Assembly: GCA_964640635.1 (NCBI GenBank)
Contig: CAZXFD010000003.1
Coordinates: 65,149-129,148, forward strand
DNA: 64,000 nucleotides
Direction of reading: 5' to 3'
DNA from: an uncultured Gammaproteobacteria bacterium
GTDB taxonomy: Bacteria > Patescibacteriota > Patescibacteriia > UBA1558 > S5-K13
This document shows, in pieces, positions 37,136-47,876 of the stretch. The notes beneath the pieces are model-generated. The model was not told the origin of the DNA. It worked only from the letters and a program-made list of their open reading frames with translations, and searched no databases. The first letter of the stretch is position 1, and the number at the start of each line of letters is the position of its first letter. Both the position numbers and the translations under genes were made by a program.

Positions 37136-38866
37136 ATGCTCAGTGATAAAAAAATAAAAAGCATTCTTGAAAAAGTAAATCTGTTTTCATCTTTGGACTT
37201 GGAAAAATTTTTAAAAGAATCTACAAAAGAAAAAAAATCTTTAGCCGAGTATTTAGTTGAAAAAAAATTATTGAGTCAGGAGGTTTTATATGAAAATATA
37301 GCAGCGAGCATCAAAATCCCATTTATTAATTTGAAAAATACCAACATTAGAAAAGATATATTGTATATGATACCGGAGTCTGTTGCTATAGCGAATAATA
37401 TTATTGCGTTTGATGGAGATAGCAAATTTATACACATCGCGCTAATTGATCCGGAAAATTTGGAAATTATAGATTTTATTAAAAGAAAGACTGGGCTTAG
37501 CGTGAAAGTATATCTCAGCACCCCTGAAAACATAAAAGAGTCTTTTAAAAAATATAGTAGAAGTCTAGAGGCGGAGTTTAAATATTTATCAGATGGAGAT
37601 GAAGAGGTAAGTAAGTTAAAAGAAACAGGAAAAAAGAAATCTATTAAAGACTTGCCAGTAGCAAAAGTTGTCGATGCAATACTAGAGCACGCTATTATGG
37701 AAGGAGCATCAGATATTCACATAGAGCCAGAAGAAAAAAATGTTTTAGTAAGATATAGATTAGATGGAATACTTCATCATGCCATGACACTGCCAAAAGA
37801 GGTTCAGTCTGGGATTATAAGTCGCATTAAAATACTTTCTAATTTAAAGGTAGATGAACATCGTTTGCCACAGGACGGTCGTTTTAAAATGTATTCTGAA
37901 AAATACAAGGTTTCTTTTAGAGTATCTGTAATTCCTACGTTTGATGGAGAAAAAATAGTAATGAGAATTTTAAATGAAAAGGCACAGGTTCTCTCTCTTG
38001 ATCAATTGGGTTTCCATACTAAGGCATATGGTGTTGTAAAAAGAAATATAGAAAAACCACATGGAATTATTCTTGTAACAGGGCCTACGGGAAGTGGTAA
38101 AACAACAACACTCTATACGATACTTAATATGTTAAATACTCCAGAGGTAAATATTTCAACTATTGAAGATCCTATTGAGTACAAAATGAAAAATGTTAAT
38201 CAGTCTCAAGTGAATCCAAAAATAGGATTTACATTTGCGTCAGGACTTAGATCACTTCTTAGACAAGATCCAGATATTATTATGGTAGGAGAAATTAGAG
38301 ATCAAGAAACAGCAGAAATAGCAATTCATTCAGCTATGACAGGGCATCTAGTTTTATCTACTATCCACACTAATGATGCCCCAACAACAATTCCAAGACT
38401 TACACAAATGAATGTGCCAACCTTTTTAATAGCATCTACATTTAATATTATCATAGCTCAAAGACTAGTCCGAAAAATATGCCCTAATTGTATTTATAGC
38501 TACAATCTTGAAAAGGCATATATAAAAGAACTAGAAAAACAAGTAGATATGGAATCAATACTTAAAACATTAGAAGAAGAAAAAGTTATTGCAAAGAAAA
38601 AAAATAAATTAGAAGAGCTGTTGTTTTATAGGGGTAAGGGTTGTGATAAGTGTGCTAATACTGGATACAAGGGTAGGCTTGGAATTTATGAGGTTCTAGA
38701 AAATGACGAAAACATGTCAGAACTGATACTCAAAAACTCTGGAGCAGAAAAAATAAAAGAATATGCAATATCCCATGGGATGCTTTCTATAGTAGAGGAC
38801 GGTTTTATAAAAGCAAAAAATGGTATTACTACTATAGAAGAAATTTTAAGAGTCGCAAAAGAATAG
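37136..38866 (+). CDS. pilB: Type IV pilus assembly ATPase PilB/GspE
   Basis: ASDIHIEP, PQDGR, GPTGSGKTTTLY, LRQDPD, tetracysteine motif. Confidence 0.96.
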   Translation: MLSDKKIKSILEKVNLFSSLDLEKFLKESTKEKKSLAEYLVEKKLLSQEVLYENIAASIKIPFINLKNTNIRKDILYMIPESVAIANNIIAFDGDSKFIHIALIDPENLEIIDFIKRKTGLSVKVYLSTPENIKESFKKYSRSLEAEFKYLSDGDEEVSKLKETGKKKSIKDLPVAKVVDAILEHAIMEGASDIHIEPEEKNVLVRYRLDGILHHAMTLPKEVQSGIISRIKILSNLKVDEHRLPQDGRFKMYSEKYKVSFRVSVIPTFDGEKIVMRILNEKAQVLSLDQLGFHTKAYGVVKRNIEKPHGIILVTGPTGSGKTTTLYTILNMLNTPEVNISTIEDPIEYKMKNVNQSQVNPKIGFTFASGLRSLLRQDPDIIMVGEIRDQETAEIAIHSAMTGHLVLSTIHTNDAPTTIPRLTQMNVPTFLIASTFNIIIAQRLVRKICPNCIYSYNLEKAYIKELEKQVDMESILKTLEEEKVIAKKKNKLEELLFYRGKGCDKCANTGYKGRLGIYEVLENDENMSELILKNSGAEKIKEYAISHGMLSIVEDGFIKAKNGITTIEEILRVAKE

Positions 38867-38932
38867 ATTTGCTAAAAATAAATAATCGGTAAGTTTTAGA
38901 CTATATATTTATATAGTTATAAAGTTAACCCT

Positions 38933-40243
38933 ATGAAACAAAAACAAGAAAATAAAAATATTTTAGTCAGCAAAATTAAGACTATACATCCTTTAAAGCA
39001 AACCAAGCCAGTTGTTAAGAAAGCGTCCAAGATAAAAAAAGAAAATCAAGAAATTGTAGTCGATGAATCTATTCTTGTAAGTGACATAAGTAAGGCTACA
39101 ACACAAAAAAGCAATGATTCTACAAATAAAAGCATAGGATTGTTTAGTGAAACCCAGAAAAGCTCTAGTACAATGGACAAAATTAATAGTTTTTTATTGA
39201 AATTAAAGAAAGTCCCACTAAAAGAAAAATTATTTTTTGTTCAACATTTGTCTTTGATGTTAAGAGTGGGAATATCTCTTTCAAAGGCTCTTTATACCTT
39301 ATCTATCCAAGCACAGAATAAATATTTTGCACTTATTTTATCTGAAATGGCAAAGAGGGTAGACTCAGGAGAGGGTTTTTCAGAAGTGCTAAAGAGATAT
39401 CCAAGAGTTTTCAATGATCTTTTTATAAATATGATAGAGGCGGGAGAGGCATCTGGAAAATTAGAAGAAGTTTTGAAACAACTTTTTGTGCAAATGAAAA
39501 AAGAGCATGCTCTTATTGCAAAAGTGCGTGGCGCTATGACTTATCCAGCGGTAATTCTTATTGCACTTGTTGGAATATCTATTTTTATGATGGTTGTAGT
39601 TGTTCCGGGAATGACAGCAAATTTTATAGAAATGAAAGTAGAGCTTCCACTACCCACGAAAATACTTGTAGGAATAAGTAATATTTTAAGAACACAAGGG
39701 CCACTAGCAGCTGCCATTATAGCAGGACTTATAATGTTGTCTGCAAGATTTGCAAAAACAAAAAAAGGTAAAAGATTTTTTGATTCCATTATTTTGAAAT
39801 CTCCAATAGTGGGAACAATTGTAAAAAAAATTAATTTAGCTAGATTTGCTAGAAATTTAAGTTCTCTTTTGAAAACAGATATAATGATAGTTAGGGCTTT
39901 TGAAATATCTGCAGGAGTACTTGGAAATTCTTTTTATAAAGAAGCGCTACTAGACATAGGGAGTAAATTAAAAAAAGGTGAAACAATAACTGAGTCTATG
40001 AAAATTTATCCAAAATTGTTTCCACCAGTCGTCAGTCAAATGATAGCAATCGGAGAGGAAACTGGAGATTTAGATAATATATTGATAGAGCTCGCTGAGT
40101 TTTATGAGGAAGAAGTTAATCAAATCATGACTGATTTACCATCTCTTATTGAGCCAATATTAATTTTGGTGCTTGGTCTTGGAGTTGGAGGCATAGCAAT
40201 TTCAATTATAATGCCAATGTATAAAATTACCTCCGCTGTATAA
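38933..40243 (+). CDS. pilC: Type IV pilus platform protein PilC/GspF
   Basis: GE.SG.L, YP, GEETG.L, LIEP motifs. Confidence 0.95.
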   Translation: MKQKQENKNILVSKIKTIHPLKQTKPVVKKASKIKKENQEIVVDESILVSDISKATTQKSNDSTNKSIGLFSETQKSSSTMDKINSFLLKLKKVPLKEKLFFVQHLSLMLRVGISLSKALYTLSIQAQNKYFALILSEMAKRVDSGEGFSEVLKRYPRVFNDLFINMIEAGEASGKLEEVLKQLFVQMKKEHALIAKVRGAMTYPAVILIALVGISIFMMVVVVPGMTANFIEMKVELPLPTKILVGISNILRTQGPLAAAIIAGLIMLSARFAKTKKGKRFFDSIILKSPIVGTIVKKINLARFARNLSSLLKTDIMIVRAFEISAGVLGNSFYKEALLDIGSKLKKGETITESMKIYPKLFPPVVSQMIAIGEETGDLDNILIELAEFYEEEVNQIMTDLPSLIEPILILVLGLGVGGIAISIIMPMYKITSAV

Positions 40244-40244
40244 T

Positions 40245-42449
40245 ATGACAAATAATTTTAATAAGAAAAATAGACGAGGTGCTTTTACTTTGATAGAGGT
40301 GCTCGTTTCTTTATTTGTGATAAGTATTGTAATGACTGGGATATATCAGCTTATTTTGTATTCTCTTGCAATAACATCTGATAATCAACACTATGTCGAG
40401 TCTATTGCTATAGCAAACCAAAAGATGGAGCAAATTAGAAATATGCCATACGATGATGTCGGTACTGTCTCTGGTAGTCCACACGGACTTATAAATGATT
40501 ATGAAAATATTGTTAGAAATGGAACGTATTCTGTACATACTGTTATACAATTTTTTGATGATCCATACGATGGAACTCTTGAAGATGAAACAGATGATAT
40601 ATTTACGGATTATAAGATAGTTACAGTGAATGTTTCATGGAATACAAGGATAGGACCAAAGAGTATAAGTGTCTTTTCAAGAGTCATTCCGCCAACAGAA
40701 GAAAATTTATCAGGATATGGGCTTTTGAAATTATTTGTAGTTGATTCCAATGGTTTGCCGGTATCAGGGGCGACAATTCATGTTGAAAATAATAGCATAA
40801 GCCCAGCTCTAGGTGTTGATTATACTTCTGATGAGGGTGGAAAGATATCTGTCCCAGTTTTACCAGCATTTCAATCTTATCAAGTTGTAGTTTCAAAGGA
40901 TGGGTATAGTGATGACGAGACATATAGTATTAGTGAGTCAAATCCAAGTCCAATAAAGAAAAATTTGAGCGTTGTTGAAAATAGAAAAACAGAAGAAAGT
41001 TTTTCAATAGATCTTATGAGTAGATTAAATATAAGAGTTGTTTCTGCAGAGTTGCCTAGTAATTTTCAAGTCAATGCAACTGGTGAATCATATTCACAAA
41101 CAAATTCAAAAACAGAAAGCGATTCAAGTGGCGAACTATACTCTATATGGAGCGATCAAGGAAGCACGACTATAGGGGTTTATATTCAAAAATATAATCA
41201 AGCGGGTGAAAGAAGATATTTATCAGATATTAAAATTAGTAGTGATATATATGGAGAGCCAGATATATCTATTAGTCCAGCTGATTCAGTTTATGTTTCT
41301 TGGTGTTCTATATCGGCTGATTGTTATTATCAAAAAATAAATAAAGACACAGGGGCAACTATTTGGGCAAGTGACAAACAAATAGAAGACTCATATAGTT
41401 CTAGTCAATCTAATTTAAAAATATTTGCATCGCCAACGAGCACGGACTTTTTCGCTACATGGCAAGACAATAAAGATGGAGATTATGATATTTACCTGCA
41501 GAAGTTTGATGAAAATGGTAGTGCGTTGTGGGCTAGTGCTATCAAAATAAATTCAAATGATGAATCATCAAACGTATCAGATCAATACGATCCAAATTTG
41601 TATATAGATAAAAATGATAATGTATATATTTCTTTTACAGATACTAGAAATTCCGTATCTTCTATATATATACAAAAAATAGATAAAAATGGAAGTAAGA
41701 TTTTCTCAAATGATGTTATGGTCAACACGTTTTCAGTAGACAATAGTCATTCAGCAGACATAGCACTAGATGCAGATGATAATATTTATGTTTCTTGGGT
41801 ATATGACAGCACAACAAATAAAAAAGTATTTGTTCAGAAATTTAATACTTCTGGGGAAAAGCAGTTTGGTAATGATATTGTTGTAAATACAGAAAGTATT
41901 ATTTCAAATAGATATTCACCAAGTATTTTATGTGATAATAATTCCAATATTTATATAGCATGGGCAGATGATAAAAATACCAATAAAGATATACATGTAC
42001 AAAAATTTTCATCATCTCTTTCTAAGACTTGGACAAATGAATTACGAGCCAATATAAACATAGGCATATCCCCACAAGATAATCCAGATATTTTTATGGA
42101 AAAGGCGGGGTATAAAATATTTGCATCATGGGATGATGATAGAAATGGAAATTTTGATATTTATTTTGGAGAAATAAGAGAATATGGAACAATTACCAAT
42201 TTAGGATCAATTCCTATAAAACTACTAAGCTCCAACAAAATAGGAAGAGATCCAGACGTGTTTAAGTATGACGATATATATAGTAGCAATTCATCGGGTA
42301 TCATTAATTTGGATCTTCCATGGGACGATGGCTACCTACTGAGTGTTGATGATACATCTTCATATGATCTTATTATGTCAGAACCATCAGAAAATATTGG
42401 TCTAGGGGCTGGAGAGACAAAAGATATTATTTTATATTTAAGTAGATAA
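40245..42449 (+). CDS. Large minor pilin / adhesin with prepilin N-terminus and repeat domain
   Basis: GAFTLIEVLV cleavage motif; repeated W.D......IY.QK(F/I)...G units. Confidence 0.88.
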   Translation: MTNNFNKKNRRGAFTLIEVLVSLFVISIVMTGIYQLILYSLAITSDNQHYVESIAIANQKMEQIRNMPYDDVGTVSGSPHGLINDYENIVRNGTYSVHTVIQFFDDPYDGTLEDETDDIFTDYKIVTVNVSWNTRIGPKSISVFSRVIPPTEENLSGYGLLKLFVVDSNGLPVSGATIHVENNSISPALGVDYTSDEGGKISVPVLPAFQSYQVVVSKDGYSDDETYSISESNPSPIKKNLSVVENRKTEESFSIDLMSRLNIRVVSAELPSNFQVNATGESYSQTNSKTESDSSGELYSIWSDQGSTTIGVYIQKYNQAGERRYLSDIKISSDIYGEPDISISPADSVYVSWCSISADCYYQKINKDTGATIWASDKQIEDSYSSSQSNLKIFASPTSTDFFATWQDNKDGDYDIYLQKFDENGSALWASAIKINSNDESSNVSDQYDPNLYIDKNDNVYISFTDTRNSVSSIYIQKIDKNGSKIFSNDVMVNTFSVDNSHSADIALDADDNIYVSWVYDSTTNKKVFVQKFNTSGEKQFGNDIVVNTESIISNRYSPSILCDNNSNIYIAWADDKNTNKDIHVQKFSSSLSKTWTNELRANINIGISPQDNPDIFMEKAGYKIFASWDDDRNGNFDIYFGEIREYGTITNLGSIPIKLLSSNKIGRDPDVFKYDDIYSSNSSGIINLDLPWDDGYLLSVDDTSSYDLIMSEPSENIGLGAGETKDIILYLSR

Positions 42450-43031
42450 ATGAAACAAATTTCTAACAATAGAGCATTTACAATGATTGAAATTCTTGTG
42501 GCAATGGCGATCACCTCGATCATTATTTTGATTTTTAATCAGTTTTTGATTGTTGGATTTAAATCTACTACATTCAATATGGAACAAGAAGAGGCAATAA
42601 GTCATGCAAGAAATGCTGTGGACACAATGACACAAGAGATAAGAGGGGCCAACTCTTCAGACAAGGGAAATTATGCCCTATCTCAAATAGGTGCCAACGA
42701 TTTCATTTTTTACAATGATATAAATAAAGATGGTAAAAGAGAAAAAATAAGATATTATTTGAGCGGATATGAACTGCGAAAAGATATTACAAGCCCAGGA
42801 GCAGACAATAATTATACGGGCACTTCAACTATGAGTATTTTGTCTAAGTATGTTAATAATCAAGGAGAGTCAATTTTTAAGTATTATGACAATGCAAGGG
42901 TAGAAACAAATTTGATAGACAGAGTAAAATTAATTTCTATCAAATTAATGATAAACGTAACACCAGGGAGAGCCCCAGATGATTATATACTTGAAACAGA
43001 TATTACATTTAGAAATTTGATTAATTTATGA
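42450..43031 (+). CDS. Minor pilin (PilW/GspJ-like)
   Basis: AFTMIEILV motif. Confidence 0.88.
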   Translation: MKQISNNRAFTMIEILVAMAITSIIILIFNQFLIVGFKSTTFNMEQEEAISHARNAVDTMTQEIRGANSSDKGNYALSQIGANDFIFYNDINKDGKREKIRYYLSGYELRKDITSPGADNNYTGTSTMSILSKYVNNQGESIFKYYDNARVETNLIDRVKLISIKLMINVTPGRAPDDYILETDITFRNLINL

Positions 43032-44524
43032 TTTATAAAAACAAAAAGGGTAGTGTGCTTTTTTTATCACTTGTTTTAACAGGAATATTTTTTATTATTC
43101 TATCTTCTTCTATAGGACTTGGTCTTACTAGACAAAGATTCAATAAGACAAAGGTTTCAAGTGCGCAAGCGCTCAATATTGCAGAGGCAGGTATCAATTA
43201 TTATAAATGGGTCTTGTATCATGATAAGGAAGAATATTGTAATAATGAAACTTGTCTACCAGGGCCTGACTATGGTCCCTATGGTCCATATGAATATGGC
43301 GATCAAAATTCTGAGACTAGAGGTTTTTATGAATTATATATTACCCCACCAGAAGCAGATGGCGCAAAAGTAATAAAGATAAAATCAATTGCATGGACAG
43401 AAAAACATCCAAACATAAAAAGAACTATTGAGGTAACTTGTGGAGCTCCGTCTTGGTCATCTTTTGCAGTAATGTCTAATTCGGATATAAGATTTGGAGA
43501 AGGCACAGAAACTTGGGGGCCAATTCATTCAAATGGTGGAATTAGATTTGATGGCATTGCTCACAATATTATATCCTCCAGCGTGCTTAGCTATGATGAT
43601 CCAGATCATGAAGGAGGAAATGAATTTGGAGTTCACACACACACACCCATACTAGATCCATCTCCAGACTCAAATAATCCCCCACAGAACGTTCCAAACA
43701 GACCAGATACATTTATTTCAGGAAGAACCTTTCCGGTGCCAACGGCAAGTTTTGATTTATTAGATAATTATGTTAGTGATGTTTTACAGGTTGCAAGTAC
43801 AACAGGGGGTCTTATTCTAAATCCCACTGGAGCAAAGGGGTATCACATAAAATTCAATACAAATAATACAATGGATATAAAAATTGTAAATACAATAAGC
43901 AATCCATGTTCTCGTTGTATTGAAACCGGGTGTACGAGATATAAATGGGGTATTTGTATTTCTTGGGGTTGCACACAATATGAAAGCACAGAAACATATG
44001 GCATTACAAGAGAAACAAATTTATATTTATCAAAACCAATACCTGCGAATGGTATCATATTTGTAAAAGATAATGTCTGGATAGAGGGAGCAATCCATGG
44101 AACAAGAGTAACTGTTTTAGCATTCAAAGAACCACTTACAGGAAGTAATACGGATATAATAATCAATAGTGATATATCATATACTCATCATGACGGAACA
44201 GATGCGATAGGTCTTATAGCTCAGAGAAATATTTTGGTTGGGCTAGACTCTTTAAATCAGCTTCATATAGATGCTTCTATGATCGCAAAGGATGGTATGA
44301 TAGGTAGAGAATATTATATTCAAGATTGTGGGGGACATTATCAAAGACATAGTATAGATATATATGGATCTATTGCATCAAATCTTAGGTATGGATTTTC
44401 TTACACAGATGGATCTGGATACGATATAAGAAATATTAGTTTTGATAATAATTTAAAGTTTTTCCCACCACCACACTTCCCAACGGTTGGAGAATATGTT
44501 TTTTTATCTTGGGAAGAAAAATAG
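43028..44524 (+). CDS. PilX-like minor pilin
   Basis: KKGSVL + TM, A..IAEAGI, C-terminal PPPHFP...W.E. Confidence 0.85.
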   Translation: MIYKNKKGSVLFLSLVLTGIFFIILSSSIGLGLTRQRFNKTKVSSAQALNIAEAGINYYKWVLYHDKEEYCNNETCLPGPDYGPYGPYEYGDQNSETRGFYELYITPPEADGAKVIKIKSIAWTEKHPNIKRTIEVTCGAPSWSSFAVMSNSDIRFGEGTETWGPIHSNGGIRFDGIAHNIISSSVLSYDDPDHEGGNEFGVHTHTPILDPSPDSNNPPQNVPNRPDTFISGRTFPVPTASFDLLDNYVSDVLQVASTTGGLILNPTGAKGYHIKFNTNNTMDIKIVNTISNPCSRCIETGCTRYKWGICISWGCTQYESTETYGITRETNLYLSKPIPANGIIFVKDNVWIEGAIHGTRVTVLAFKEPLTGSNTDIIINSDISYTHHDGTDAIGLIAQRNILVGLDSLNQLHIDASMIAKDGMIGREYYIQDCGGHYQRHSIDIYGSIASNLRYGFSYTDGSGYDIRNISFDNNLKFFPPPHFPTVGEYVFLSWEEK

Positions 44525-44613
44525 TTTTTTATAAAAAGTTTAAATTCTGTAGTTATAATGTTATAATTCATTTATCTAGTTGTGTAATTATATAAAGTAG
44601 TCAATAATTTTTT

Positions 44614-45750
44614 ATGATAGAAGTAAATAATTATCCCATAGGAATAGATATTTCAGATCTTTCTCTGAAACTTGTTCAACTTGCAAAATCAGGAGATAAA
44701 ATTATTCTCAAAGCTTTTTCTAGTAAAAAAATAAAGAAAGGAATTATAGAAAATGGAGAAATAAAAGATAAGGAGTTGTTTATTTCAAATATTAAAGAAA
44801 TGTTAGATAAGCCAATTTATGGTAAAGTATCTGGTGATGAGGCCGTCATTTGCCTTCCAGAGCCACAGACATTTATTAAGTTATTGAAAATAGAGAATAC
44901 ACAAAATAAAATAAGAGAAGAAATAAAATTACAATTAGAGAATTCTTTTCCAGTTGCACTAGAAGATATCTATTTTGATTGGCAGGAAATTCCAAGTGAA
45001 TTTGAAAACAAATTAGTGCTTGTTGGTGCATCTCCAAAAAACTTTGTTGATGATTATATAGGTGTTTTAAAGGATGCAAAATTATCAGTAATGGCTTGTG
45101 ACATAGAATCGGTTGCAATAAGTCGTGCCATTCTTCAAGAAGAGTCGCCACATTTTAAAACGCCAGAGAACAGAAAAACATATGGAATTATAGATATAGG
45201 GGCAAGTAGAAGTAGTTTTTTTGCATATTCAAAAAATACTATACTTTTTGATATAAGCATACCAATATCAGGAGAAGAAATCACAAGAAAGATAGCAAAG
45301 TCTTTAGAACTTGATATGAGTAAGGCAGAGCTTGCTAAAATAAGTATTGGTTTTGATAGCAAAAAAGCAAATGGTCTTGTAAATAAGGCGCTTACAGATA
45401 TGGTTGATAAATTAATCAGAAGAATAGAAGGAGTTTTTGATTTCCATGCAAGCTATTTTTCTGAATTTGGAAATATAGAACAAATTTATTTATGTGGAGG
45501 CGTGGCAAATATCAAAAATATAGACAAATTAATAGAACAACAAATAAAAGTTCCTACAAAAATAGCAGATCCACTTATTAATATTAAAAAGGGTGAAGAT
45601 ATATTAAAAGAATTTGAAGAAGTTTATGAACTTAAAATAGAATCAAACAATAAAAAGTCCAAAGAAGATAGTTTAGTTTATAAACAAAGTTCTACGGCAA
45701 ATTATACTACAGCGATAGGACTTGCTCTTAGATCTATTTTTTTAGAATAA
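44614..45750 (+). CDS. pilM: Type IV pilus assembly protein PilM
   Basis: IGIDIS..SLK, IIDIGA, L.GG.A, AIGLALR. Confidence 0.93.
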   Translation: MIEVNNYPIGIDISDLSLKLVQLAKSGDKIILKAFSSKKIKKGIIENGEIKDKELFISNIKEMLDKPIYGKVSGDEAVICLPEPQTFIKLLKIENTQNKIREEIKLQLENSFPVALEDIYFDWQEIPSEFENKLVLVGASPKNFVDDYIGVLKDAKLSVMACDIESVAISRAILQEESPHFKTPENRKTYGIIDIGASRSSFFAYSKNTILFDISIPISGEEITRKIAKSLELDMSKAELAKISIGFDSKKANGLVNKALTDMVDKLIRRIEGVFDFHASYFSEFGNIEQIYLCGGVANIKNIDKLIEQQIKVPTKIADPLINIKKGEDILKEFEEVYELKIESNNKKSKEDSLVYKQSSTANYTTAIGLALRSIFLE

Positions 45751-45754
45751 TAAT

Positions 45755-46279
45755 ATGATAGAAATAAATATATTACCAGAAGAATCTAAGAGAAGAATAA
45801 AAACAGACAATATTTATTCTTCTACTAAAAAAATGTTTTTGGTTTTGACGTTGATGGTTTTATTCCTATCCACAATATTGCTTTTGGCACGAATAGCTCT
45901 CAAGTATCAAGTAGATGCTTTTAAAAACTTTTCTGAAATTTATGAAGCATCGAGTAGTACAAGTCCCACCACCAAGAACATAGAAGATGAGGTTATAATG
46001 ATAAAAAAAATTCAAGCAGATCATATAGATTGGTATGAAACCATAGCGAACTTAACGGCTGTATTAGATGGGGATATTATAGTTGAGTCAATTTCGATAG
46101 ACAAAGATACGGCATCTCTTTCTATAGGTGGGGTTGCAAAAACTAGAGAAGCCCTCTTGAAATTAAAGGCAAATTTAGAGGGTGCTGGTAAATATTCATC
46201 AATTGATTTTCCAGTAAAAACATTATTAGAAAAAGAGAATATTAAGTTTGATATTAAAATGAATATAAAGTTTATATGA
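45755..46279 (+). CDS. pilN: PilN-like protein
   Basis: INILP N-terminus plus TM; follows pilM. Confidence 0.85.
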   Translation: MIEINILPEESKRRIKTDNIYSSTKKMFLVLTLMVLFLSTILLLARIALKYQVDAFKNFSEIYEASSSTSPTTKNIEDEVIMIKKIQADHIDWYETIANLTAVLDGDIIVESISIDKDTASLSIGGVAKTREALLKLKANLEGAGKYSSIDFPVKTLLEKENIKFDIKMNIKFI

Positions 46280-46854
46280 AAACAGGGAATATAACAATAA
46301 ATTCAAATTTAAAAACAATTATATCAATAATTTTTTATATACTTTTTTTTATTTTTATACTATATTTTTTTCTTATGGGTTCTATTTCTGAAATTAAGAA
46401 AACAAGTTCAGACATAATAGATAAAAAATCAAAGACAGAGTTTTATTTTGAATCAATGAAATCTAATCAAGATTTTGGCAAGAAAATGGAAATCTTAGAC
46501 CATAAGCTTACTATAATAGAAAATTCTTTTATAGATATAAATAAGCAGGTTGATTTTATAAGGGTTATGGAGGATTTAGCAACAAAATATAATATCAAAC
46601 AAAACATTTCTATAGATAGTGTTGCTTTAAATAGTGCAGACAAATATAAAAAAGTACCAATGGATTTAGCTGTCTCTGGAAATTTTGAAGATATAATGAA
46701 TTATATATCAGCGATTGAATCTCTTAATTATTATATAAATATTAAATTTATAAATCTTTCTGCGGGGTTTATAAGTGCTAATTTTGGGGATCCACAGGCT
46801 CCACAAAAAAAAGGAATTAGCGGAATAATTAAAACGGATACGTATTGGAAATAA
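46276..46854 (+). CDS. pilO: PilO-like protein
   Basis: TM, coiled coil, G.F..I..YI..IE. Confidence 0.8.
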   Translation: MKTGNITINSNLKTIISIIFYILFFIFILYFFLMGSISEIKKTSSDIIDKKSKTEFYFESMKSNQDFGKKMEILDHKLTIIENSFIDINKQVDFIRVMEDLATKYNIKQNISIDSVALNSADKYKKVPMDLAVSGNFEDIMNYISAIESLNYYINIKFINLSAGFISANFGDPQAPQKKGISGIIKTDTYWK

Positions 46855-46855
46855 A

Positions 46856-47164
46856 ATGAAAAAATTGTTTCAAAATAAAGGAATTACAAGAAAAAAAATA
46901 ATTAGGTATTTTTATTCTATTTCTATTACGATATTTTTAGCGTCATTAGTACTTTTATTTATTTTTATAAAGAAAAATGTTTATGAGGTTATAGAAAATG
47001 GACAGGTTTTAGCAGAGATGAAAATAAAAACAGATTTTGTATCCTTGAATATGAGTCAAGAGAAGTTTGATAAATTAGTATTTGACATAGATAACGCCGT
47101 GAGTAAAATAGAACAAAAAGAGACTATTCAGAAATCAAGTAAAGTCAAAAATCCTTTTTATTGA
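46856..47164 (+). CDS. Pilus-operon membrane protein (PilP position)
   Basis: TM plus C-terminal NPF. Confidence 0.7.
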   Translation: MKKLFQNKGITRKKIIRYFYSISITIFLASLVLLFIFIKKNVYEVIENGQVLAEMKIKTDFVSLNMSQEKFDKLVFDIDNAVSKIEQKETIQKSSKVKNPFY

Positions 47165-47236
47165 TAAAATTTGATAAATGTACTAAATTTAATAGATAAG
47201 AATTAATATTCCTAGTTGTGCTGGGACAAAAAAGCT

Positions 47237-47875
47237 ATGAAAATAAGTTGGTATGGACATTCTTGTTTTAAAATTAAATGCAAAGAAGCAGATCTCGTGA
47301 TAGATCCATTTTCAGACTCAATAGGTATTAAGATGCCAAAGATGAAGTCTGATGCTGTTTTAATAACCCATGATCACAGTGATCATAACAATGTTTCCGC
47401 TATAAGTGGAGAGCCTATTGTAATAAATGGCCCAGGAGAGTATGAGCTAAAAAATGTTTTTGTTTATGGAAAGCGTGCATACCATGATGATAAAAATGGC
47501 TCAGAAAAAGGATCTGTAACAATATATTTAATAGAGGATGAGGGCATCAAGCTTGTGCATTTAGGAGATTTGGGCCAAAAAAAATTAACAGAAGATCAAC
47601 TAGAGTTTTTAGATGATGTTGATATCTTATTAGTTCCTGTTGGTGGACCATATTCACTTAAATCAGAGGAGGCTATAAATATAATAAATGAAATTGAGCC
47701 ACGCGTTATCATCCCAATGCATTATAAAATAGATGGGGTTAACATAGACTTAGAGAACGTAGATAAATTTGTTAAAGAAATAGGTCTGACGCCAGAGAAA
47801 ATGGATGAATTTAAAGTAAACAAAGACTCTTTCTCAGCAGACGAATTAAAATTGATTATTTTAAATAAGCAATAA
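47237..47875 (+). CDS. MBL-fold metallo-hydrolase
   Basis: WYGHSCF, THDHSDH, HLGD, IPMHY. Confidence 0.93.
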   Translation: MKISWYGHSCFKIKCKEADLVIDPFSDSIGIKMPKMKSDAVLITHDHSDHNNVSAISGEPIVINGPGEYELKNVFVYGKRAYHDDKNGSEKGSVTIYLIEDEGIKLVHLGDLGQKKLTEDQLEFLDDVDILLVPVGGPYSLKSEEAINIINEIEPRVIIPMHYKIDGVNIDLENVDKFVKEIGLTPEKMDEFKVNKDSFSADELKLIILNKQ

Positions 47876-47876
47876 G

